DNA of 64,000 bases from a virus: the IMG/VR virus record IMGVR_UViG_3300000527_000001; one strand, written 5' to 3'. Shown piece after piece: positions 27,341 to 34,534 of the stretch. The notes beneath the pieces were generated by a model. It did no database searches, was not told the DNA's origin, and saw only the letters and a list, made by a program, of their open reading frames with translations. The first letter of the stretch is position 1, and every line of letters begins with the position of its first letter. Both the position numbers and the translations under genes were made by a program.

Positions 27341-28128
27341 TTCACTTGACGACTAGAGACATGAAAGAGGCATTCCTTCAGCTGAACTTTTTATTTACAA
27401 CGCGGTCGACAATAGACTATAAACCCTCGCATAATAAGTTTCAAAATTATCACTTCTTGAACGCTTTTAACATTTTACTGGAGGCCGACCATTGTGATAC
27501 GGATTTGAAGTTAGAGCAAATAGGGTATAAACGTAGAAAGGCCAATCACTTGCTGAGGTCATACTTAGACCCGGCAGAATATAAACACTGGATTGAACTT
27601 ATTAAGGAAACCACAAAAGAATACCATCGAGTTGATTCGGACATCGTGCTCCCAACTACAAAAAACAGTAAGCATAAAAATGGACCGTGTTTATTAGGAT
27701 TCAGCTTTAGAAGCCACATTTTCCCTGTGCTCACAGTCTACTCAAGATCAGTTGAGCTCCCACAACCTTGTGCAGCGGATACCATATTGATTGCAGCTAT
27801 TGGGGAACATATTAGAGAAGAGCTGGATTTGGATACCGTAAGAGTACATTGGTATATAGCTTCTGCTAGACTTCGTTCGACATTCGCTAATTTCTTTCGA
27901 TTGTTTGTTTACCCATTTGAGGAATTTGAATATCTAAACACTGAATTTCAAAAACATGTGGAAAAACAATGGAATAACATTTTGGCTGACTTAGAAAAAG
28001 ATGTGAGTTTTTCTAAGCTTGTACGGTTACGGAACGAGTACAAAAGGATTATAATAGAAAGGAAGGAACCGGAACAATACACCGGAACTAAGTATTTTAT
28101 AGAAAAATTAAAGGTAGGGGATTGGTGA
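27337..28128 (+). CDS. Divergent thymidylate-synthase-fold protein 2
   Basis: HLLRSYLDP (cf. HLVRTYIDP), NGPCLLGFSF, YSRSVE-x7-D. Confidence 0.65.
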   Translation: MIHLTTRDMKEAFLQLNFLFTTRSTIDYKPSHNKFQNYHFLNAFNILLEADHCDTDLKLEQIGYKRRKANHLLRSYLDPAEYKHWIELIKETTKEYHRVDSDIVLPTTKNSKHKNGPCLLGFSFRSHIFPVLTVYSRSVELPQPCAADTILIAAIGEHIREELDLDTVRVHWYIASARLRSTFANFFRLFVYPFEEFEYLNTEFQKHVEKQWNNILADLEKDVSFSKLVRLRNEYKRIIIERKEPEQYTGTKYFIEKLKVGDW

Positions 28129-28620
28129 ATGGTTAACGAAATTAAACTTGAGGAACTTTGGGGCGATCGAATATCACAATCACTTATTCATATGTTTGCT
28201 GCATTACTATGGGCTACTCGGTCAACTTGCCAACGGCTTCAAGTTGGAGCGGTATTGGCAAAAGGAGGGAGAACCATATCCACCGGATACAATGGGGCCC
28301 CCTCAGGACTCCCGCACTGTAACGAGGACAACTGCAAAAGTCAGCCACAGTGCAAAAGAACGATTCATGCTGAAATGAACGCAATTTTGTTTGCAGCTCG
28401 TTACGGGATCTCTACAGAGGGAACTGAACTTTACACCACACATTCCCCCTGTATAGACTGTGCAAAGGCCATCATTAATGCCGGCATTAAAAAAGTATAT
28501 TATCTTAAAGAGTATCGAAGCCAAGATGGAATTGAATTATTGAAACTGGCGGGAGTAAAGGTATATAAAATTGTGATGGAAGAAGGTGAGGATGAGCAGA
28601 AATGCCACAGCGAAGAGTAA
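28129..28620 (+). CDS. dCMP deaminase (ComEB-like)
   Basis: STC.R.QVGAV, TGYNGAP, HAEMNA, HSPCIDCAK. Confidence 0.93.
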   Translation: MVNEIKLEELWGDRISQSLIHMFAALLWATRSTCQRLQVGAVLAKGGRTISTGYNGAPSGLPHCNEDNCKSQPQCKRTIHAEMNAILFAARYGISTEGTELYTTHSPCIDCAKAIINAGIKKVYYLKEYRSQDGIELLKLAGVKVYKIVMEEGEDEQKCHSEE

Positions 28621-31073
28621 AAGGGAATCCTGATTGCACCGCTTGTGATTTGTATCGTACCTGTCAGATTGTAAACATTATGGGTAAGGGCCCTGAAAAC
28701 GCTAAAATAATGGTAGTTCTTGATAGCCCAGGCCTAATGGAAGACAACACAGGTAAACCAATCGACGGAAAGAACCGAGATTTTTTAAAACAATTATTTG
28801 AGGAGGCCGGAATTAATTGGAAAGATTGCTATATAACTAACGCTGTAAAATGTCGGCCTCCGGCTAAATATTCCATTAAAGTTAGAGAGATTAACGCCTG
28901 CCGACAATACTTGGACAAAGAGATTAAGGTCATTAAACCTAAGTTTGTTTTATTAATGGGTGCTACTGCTCTTAAATGGTTCAAAGGAAAGGAAAAGGCC
29001 AAAATTACGGAAGAGCACGGAATGATTTTTGAACGTGACAGAACTTATTACATGCCTGTTTTCAGTCCAGGGGTTGCTTATCAGGACCCTAAAAAATTGA
29101 CGCCTTTAAAAACGGACCTTAAAAAGTTTGCTAACTTAATTAAAGGAAAGAAGGTCGGCAAACCTAAGTTAAACTTCCACGTAGTCGAAAGCTTTGATGA
29201 TTTCAACGAGATGATTATGGACCTGAAGAAAAATAAGGTTACTTCTTTCGACATTGAGTCCACAGGGCTTAACCGCTTCGAGGGACAAATTACAATGATT
29301 GGCTTTGGCCTTAAAAACAAGCAATGGATTTTGCCATTGCAGTTCCCGTTCGGTCGTTTCAACAATCAGCCAGACATTCAAAATCAAATGCTTGCTATTA
29401 TTTCTGAGGTGCTTAATACAAAGAAAACAGAAAACGGCAAAAAGAGGGTTAACGTTACTCATAACGGAAAATTCGACAACCTGTGGATAAGAAAGCATTA
29501 CGGAGTTCGGATACACAATCACTTCGACACGCAAATTGCACATTACTGCCTCGATGAGAACGACGGTCATGGACTGAAGTACATTGCACGAATACTGCTC
29601 GGGGCTGAGGACTGGGATATAGGTAAAGAGCTGAAAACTTCTAGCGGCGAACTTACTAAAAAGGACGCAAAAAAGCTGTATGAATATTTAGCCTATGACG
29701 TTTATTATACACGGAAGCTTTATTTTTACCTGAACGAAAAGCTTAAAGAGGACGGGGCAGTGTACAAGCTATTTAAAAAATTGATGATGCCTATATTCCA
29801 CGTTTACGAAGACGTTCAAATGGAGGGCGTCTGGATACGGAAGGAAAAGTTCGACGAGGTCGAAAAGCTGCTTAACGACCGAGTTAAGGAAATTGATGAA
29901 AAGCTGGAGGAAATTAAGCAAAAAGAAGGGCTTCAAATTGACAATTGGAACTCAGCACCACAAATACGCGATGTGCTATATAATCAGTTGGGTCTTCCTG
30001 TGGTAGAGACTACGGATAAAGGCACCCCATCCACAAGTGAATCAGCACTTAAACAGTTACGGGATAAGCACCCAATTATCCCATTGCTGATGGAACGGCG
30101 AGGGGTTAAGCAGCAACTGTCGTTCTTTATTAAAGGTTGGAAAAAATGGATGGTTGACAATCGACTTTATCCGAACTTTAATATCCACGTTACAGTTACA
30201 GGGCGAACAAGCTCTAATGACCCTAACCTGCAGCAGGTCCCACGGGATAAAAAGATACGCTCGTTAATAGGAGCTCCGCCTGGATGGACCTTTGTCGAGG
30301 CTGACTACTCTCAAATTGAGCTTCGGATTGCTGCAATGCTGTCCGGAGATACCACAATGATTAACACCTTTATAAACGGATTGGACATTCATAGTAAAAC
30401 GGCTTCGAGCCTAAATGGCAAACCAATTGACCAGCAAACGAAGGAAGACCGAAAGTCAGCTAAAGCTGTGAATTTTGGATTTGTTTACGGAATGGGCTGG
30501 AGAAAGTTTAAAGATTATGCACGGGATAATTACGGAGTTATTTTGACGGACCAAGAAGCACAGCTTTATCGTAAACGGTTCTTTGAAACGTATAGCGACC
30601 TGCCTACTTGGCACGAAAAACAACGCCGTATTGCTAGAATGTTTAAGCAAGTACGAAACTTAATTGGCCGAGTTCGTCGATTGCCGGAGATTGACTCACC
30701 AGACCCTTCTAAAGTAGCAGAAGCCGAACGGCAAGCTATTAACAGTCCTGTGCAATCATTCGGCTCTGATCTAATGCTAATGTCACTTATTGAACTGCAT
30801 AAAAAACTCCCAAAAGATAAGTTCAGGATTGTAGGATCAGTACACGATGCAGGACTGTTTATTGTTCGTGATGACGCATTAAATGAGATCGTACCACGGA
30901 TCAAAGAAATTATGGAACATCCTAAGCTGCTGGATGTATTTGGAGTTAAGCTAACAGTACCAATTGTAGCTGAAGTTGAAATTGGAGACTGGGGAATTGG
31001 CAAACCTTGGGAGCCAGGCCAAAAGATTATTCCTAACGGGGATGGAACCGTAGAAATTGTGGACGAGGATTAA
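28602..31073 (+). CDS. DNA polymerase family A with N-terminal family-4 UDG-like domain and 3'-5' exonuclease (SPO1-type architecture)
   Basis: CxxCxL and ITNAVKCRPP (UDG-4); FDIESTG, HNGKFD, YDV (exonuclease); TGRTSS..PNLQQ, ADYSQIELR, RKSAKAVNFGFVYG, VHD (PolA). Confidence 0.95.
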   Translation: MPQRRVKGNPDCTACDLYRTCQIVNIMGKGPENAKIMVVLDSPGLMEDNTGKPIDGKNRDFLKQLFEEAGINWKDCYITNAVKCRPPAKYSIKVREINACRQYLDKEIKVIKPKFVLLMGATALKWFKGKEKAKITEEHGMIFERDRTYYMPVFSPGVAYQDPKKLTPLKTDLKKFANLIKGKKVGKPKLNFHVVESFDDFNEMIMDLKKNKVTSFDIESTGLNRFEGQITMIGFGLKNKQWILPLQFPFGRFNNQPDIQNQMLAIISEVLNTKKTENGKKRVNVTHNGKFDNLWIRKHYGVRIHNHFDTQIAHYCLDENDGHGLKYIARILLGAEDWDIGKELKTSSGELTKKDAKKLYEYLAYDVYYTRKLYFYLNEKLKEDGAVYKLFKKLMMPIFHVYEDVQMEGVWIRKEKFDEVEKLLNDRVKEIDEKLEEIKQKEGLQIDNWNSAPQIRDVLYNQLGLPVVETTDKGTPSTSESALKQLRDKHPIIPLLMERRGVKQQLSFFIKGWKKWMVDNRLYPNFNIHVTVTGRTSSNDPNLQQVPRDKKIRSLIGAPPGWTFVEADYSQIELRIAAMLSGDTTMINTFINGLDIHSKTASSLNGKPIDQQTKEDRKSAKAVNFGFVYGMGWRKFKDYARDNYGVILTDQEAQLYRKRFFETYSDLPTWHEKQRRIARMFKQVRNLIGRVRRLPEIDSPDPSKVAEAERQAINSPVQSFGSDLMLMSLIELHKKLPKDKFRIVGSVHDAGLFIVRDDALNEIVPRIKEIMEHPKLLDVFGVKLTVPIVAEVEIGDWGIGKPWEPGQKIIPNGDGTVEIVDED

Positions 31074-31127
31074 CTTAGTATATATAGGAAAAACTTCAAA
31101 AATTATTGGTAAAATGGGAGTTTTTCC

Positions 31128-31160
31128 TATTTAAGTTTTCAGAAAAATTGATATAATTAA
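31128..31160 (+). promoter_or_regulatory. Putative promoter for recombination operon
   Basis: Extended TGATATAAT -10 with TTTAAG -35. Confidence 0.55.
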
Positions 31161-31190
31161 CCTGAACTCGGAAGGAGGTGAGCCAACCAC

Positions 31191-32444
31191 ATGGCCTTCA
31201 GACGAAAGCCGAGAGGCACAATTAAAATAGACTTCTCAGCAGCGGTGGAGTTAACTCAATTGAAACAGGTTTCACCGGTAACTATTAAGGACCTGACACA
31301 CTACGTTAAAATCTCAAACTCTCGGATTAAAAAATGGAACTCCTGCAAACGAGCCCATCATTACGCTTTTAATGAAAAGTTGGAAAAGAAATCTCCTCCA
31401 TCCTCGCTATATAAGGGGAAAATTATCCACGAATGCATTGAGGATATGATTTATGGTCGAGATTGGAGACCAACCCTTCAAAAATACATTGACGAGTACA
31501 ATAAGATGTTCGAGGAGGAAAAGGAGCAATACGGCAATCTTCCTGAAGACCTAACCACAATTTTGGAAGGTTACGAAAGAATGTATAAAGACGATGGGCT
31601 AACCTACTTGGAAGCTAACGGAAAAAAGGCTGAACATGACTTTGCCATTGAAATTGGCCAAGAGCCATGTTTAGTCTGCCGAGGTTCCGGAGAAGTTACA
31701 GCAGGAGCTGTCTGCAACGTTTGTAAAGGCGAAGGTTGTTCCTACTGTAATGACCTTGGGCAAGTCTCAGAAGGGGGAACCTGCTCCTACTGTGGTGGTG
31801 AAGGAACTCGGGGCATAGCTCTAGTAGGTAAAATCGACGCAGTTGCTCAGGACCGAAACGGTCGGGTTTGGCTGGTCGAACACAAGTCCTTTAAAAAGCT
31901 TCCTGACGAGGACTTTCGTTGGACGAACCAGCAAGCCACAATTTATGCTTGGGTAATGCCACAAATCGGTTTCCCAAAACCTGATGGAGTTATGTGGGAC
32001 TACATTAGAACTAAAGCTCCGACAAAACCCGAGCTTTTAAAGTCAGGTGCTCTCTCTAAACGAAAGAATATTGATACAACATACGAAACATATTTAAAAA
32101 CTATTGAAGAGCACGGATTAGATCCTGCCGATTATGAAGATATTCTCGAGAACTTGAAAGGTAACGAACATAACTTTTATCGGAGAATATATCTCCCTAT
32201 CCGGGAAAACATTATTGAGCCCGTTATTCGGGATGTTATTAATACCGCTAAAGAAATTTACTACCTTGGGGAGCTGTTAAAAACACGCAATCTCGGAAAG
32301 GATTGCAAAATCTGCCCATTTAAACAGTTATGCCAAGTAGAAATTATGGGAGGTGATGTTGAGTTCATTAAAAAAACTCAATATCGCCCAAGCACGTATC
32401 ACGTAAATGTTGAGGAAGGTGAACACGTTGACGAAGAAGAATAA
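31191..32444 (+). CDS. Cas4/PD-(D/E)XK exonuclease with inserted DnaJ-type zinc finger
   Basis: S.S.I..W..C, GKIIHECIE, GKIDAV, LVEHKS, Q...Y, CKICPFKQLC; CxxCxGxG repeats inserted. Confidence 0.85.
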   Translation: MAFRRKPRGTIKIDFSAAVELTQLKQVSPVTIKDLTHYVKISNSRIKKWNSCKRAHHYAFNEKLEKKSPPSSLYKGKIIHECIEDMIYGRDWRPTLQKYIDEYNKMFEEEKEQYGNLPEDLTTILEGYERMYKDDGLTYLEANGKKAEHDFAIEIGQEPCLVCRGSGEVTAGAVCNVCKGEGCSYCNDLGQVSEGGTCSYCGGEGTRGIALVGKIDAVAQDRNGRVWLVEHKSFKKLPDEDFRWTNQQATIYAWVMPQIGFPKPDGVMWDYIRTKAPTKPELLKSGALSKRKNIDTTYETYLKTIEEHGLDPADYEDILENLKGNEHNFYRRIYLPIRENIIEPVIRDVINTAKEIYYLGELLKTRNLGKDCKICPFKQLCQVEIMGGDVEFIKKTQYRPSTYHVNVEEGEHVDEEE

Positions 32445-33261
32445 CATGGATTTTTCAGATATCGAAAGCCGTATAGTTGGAGTATCCGAAACAGTCGGAA
32501 ATATTTCAGCTGTGTTTTATGGCCGCTCAGGCACAGGAAAAACTACATTATCGGCTTCGTTCCCGAAGCCAATTCTATTAGTCGATATTAAGGAGCAGGG
32601 GAACGATTCCATTGCCGATTATTCAGACGATGAGATTAAGGTATTCCCCGTAGAAACCTGGGACGACATTGAACAAGTTTACTGGTTCTTAAAATCTGGC
32701 AACCATTCATTTAAAACTGTGGTTCTTGATACTGTTACTCAAATGCAGGACCTTTGCTTAGCACAAGTTTTAGAGGATGAGGGAAAGGATTTTGCTACCA
32801 AGCAGGTTTGGGGTACAGTATCGGGATTGATGAAAACTTGGTTAATTAACTTTCGAGATTTATCTGAAGAAGGTATGGACGTAGTTTTCATTGCACAGGA
32901 ACGCGTCCACGACTCGGAAACTGAGGATGAGGATAATGAAGGACAAATTGATCCTACAGTCGGTCCTCGCTTAATGCCATCAGTAGCTGCAGTTTTAAAC
33001 GCTTCTGTGAAGGTTATCGGACACACATTTATACGGGAAGTGGTCAAACGTAATTTAGACAGTATTAAACGAAAAACTTATTACTGCTTACGCGTAGGTC
33101 CTCACCCGTATTATATAACGAAGATTCGGAAGCCAAAAAATACCGAATGCCCGGATTTTATCACCGATCCCACTTATGATAAGATTATTGCTATCATGAG
33201 GGGTAAATACCCAGCTAATGAAGCTGAGAAAAAGAAGAAAAAGAAAAAATCTACTAAATAA
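32407..33261 (+). CDS. AAA_24 / Sak4-like ssDNA-annealing ATPase
   Basis: YGRSGTGKTT, KTVVLDTVT, VVFIAQE; true start probably TTG 32428 or ATG 32446. Confidence 0.85.
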   Translation: MLRKVNTLTKKNNMDFSDIESRIVGVSETVGNISAVFYGRSGTGKTTLSASFPKPILLVDIKEQGNDSIADYSDDEIKVFPVETWDDIEQVYWFLKSGNHSFKTVVLDTVTQMQDLCLAQVLEDEGKDFATKQVWGTVSGLMKTWLINFRDLSEEGMDVVFIAQERVHDSETEDEDNEGQIDPTVGPRLMPSVAAVLNASVKVIGHTFIREVVKRNLDSIKRKTYYCLRVGPHPYYITKIRKPKNTECPDFITDPTYDKIIAIMRGKYPANEAEKKKKKKKSTK

Positions 33262-33307
33262 ATTTTAAAAGAAGCCTACTAAATAAATTTTAAAGGAGGA
33301 ATCTTTT

Positions 33308-34135
33308 ATGGCAAGAAAAGCTAAAAAAACTAAGAAAAACGTTTTAAAGATTGACTTCACTAACGTTGAACCAAGTGGCAAAGTACCTGAAGGAGATTAT
33401 CCAGTACGTGTCAGAGAAGTAACTGTGGAAGAATCTTCTAGCGGTAACCCTTACTTAAAATGGGTATTTGAGATCATCGACGGAAGATATAAAGGAAGGA
33501 TCTTATACCACAACACTTCATTACAACCGCAAGCTCTATTTAACCTGCGGAACACGCTAGAAGCATTAGGCATGGAGGTACCACAAGCTGTAGTTGAACT
33601 TGATTTGGACAACCTAATCGGCCTCAAAGCTGCAGTTTCTGTAGAAATTGAAGTATATCAGGGCAAAGAAAAATCCCGCGTCGTCGAAGTATTCCCGTTA
33701 GAGGATCTCGTTGAAGATGACGGGGACGAAGAAGACGATGAGGATTATGAAGTTGATGACGAAGGTGAGGATGAAGACATCGATGATGACGAAGGTGAGG
33801 ATGAAGACATCGATGATGACGAAGACGGGGATGATGAAGAAGAAGACGATGAAGATGATGAAGTAGAGGAAGAGGATGAGTTCGATGAGGATGAATCCGA
33901 TGACGAAGACGAGGAAGACGAGGAAGACGAGGAAGACGAGGAAGACGAGGAAGACGAAGATGAGGAAGTAGAGCTTTATACTAAGGAAGAGCTTGAAGAA
34001 ATGGATGACGATGAGCTGCTTTCAGTAGCTGAAGAATTTGATGTAAAACCTGTGTACAAAGGTAAAGGAAAACGCAAAAAGATAGACCGAACAAAAACAA
34101 TTGAAGCTATTTTGGAAGCTTCGGAGGGGGAATAA
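33308..34135 (+). CDS. DUF669-like ssDNA-binding protein with long Asp/Glu tract
   Basis: PEGDY.V, SSSGNPYLKWVFEI, DLDNLIG; follows the Sak4-like gene; about 85-residue acidic run. Confidence 0.78.
   Translation: MARKAKKTKKNVLKIDFTNVEPSGKVPEGDYPVRVREVTVEESSSGNPYLKWVFEIIDGRYKGRILYHNTSLQPQALFNLRNTLEALGMEVPQAVVELDLDNLIGLKAAVSVEIEVYQGKEKSRVVEVFPLEDLVEDDGDEEDDEDYEVDDEGEDEDIDDDEGEDEDIDDDEDGDDEEEDDEDDEVEEEDEFDEDESDDEDEEDEEDEEDEEDEEDEDEEVELYTKEELEEMDDDELLSVAEEFDVKPVYKGKGKRKKIDRTKTIEAILEASEGE
33715..33970 (+). repeat. Coding tandem repeats (30-bp duplication and GACGAGGAA 9-mers)
   Basis: GATGACGAAGGTGAGGATGAAGACATCGAT twice near 33755/33785; GACGAGGAA five times from 33908. Confidence 0.85.
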
Positions 34136-34138
34136 TCA

Positions 34139-34450
34139 TTGGCTCGCGGTCCTGAATCTCAACTTCAGGCTAAGATCCAAAAAGCTTTACGGGGGGAGTT
34201 TCCTAACTCCCTCTTCTTTAAAACTTATGGAAGCCCATTCCAACGTAAAGGTTTACCAGACATTATCGGTTGTGTAAACGGCATTTTTATCGGAATTGAG
34301 GTTAAGGTACCAAGAAAGGAAAACACACTCACTGAACTGCAAAAAGACACGCTCGATGAAATTCGGAAAGCTGGGGGAATTGCCTTTATGACTACCAGCG
34401 TGGAACATGCGGTTCAATCCTTAAAGCTCGAACTAGAGCAAAAAACTTGA
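34139..34450 (+). CDS. VRR-NUC nuclease (putative Holliday junction resolvase)
   Basis: ESQLQAKI, GLPDII, GIEVKVP, LTELQ...GG motif. Confidence 0.9.
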   Translation: MARGPESQLQAKIQKALRGEFPNSLFFKTYGSPFQRKGLPDIIGCVNGIFIGIEVKVPRKENTLTELQKDTLDEIRKAGGIAFMTTSVEHAVQSLKLELEQKT

Positions 34451-34469
34451 AATTTCCTAAGATTTCAGG

Positions 34470-34529
34470 TTTACTCCACCGAAGATTTGTCATATAATTT
34501 AATTAATCAAATATTTCGGTGGAGGTAAA
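34470..34529 (+). promoter_or_regulatory. Promoter embedded in an inverted repeat whose right arm contains the helicase RBS
   Basis: TTTACT-17-TATAAT; arms TTTACTCCACCGAAGATTTG / CAAATATTTCGGTGGAGGTAAA. Confidence 0.75.
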
Positions 34530-34534
34530 GCAAT

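Noticed and set aside
33250..33296. 19-bp duplication CTACTAAATAAATTTTAAA
   Set aside because: Local duplication around a stop codon and RBS with no further structure
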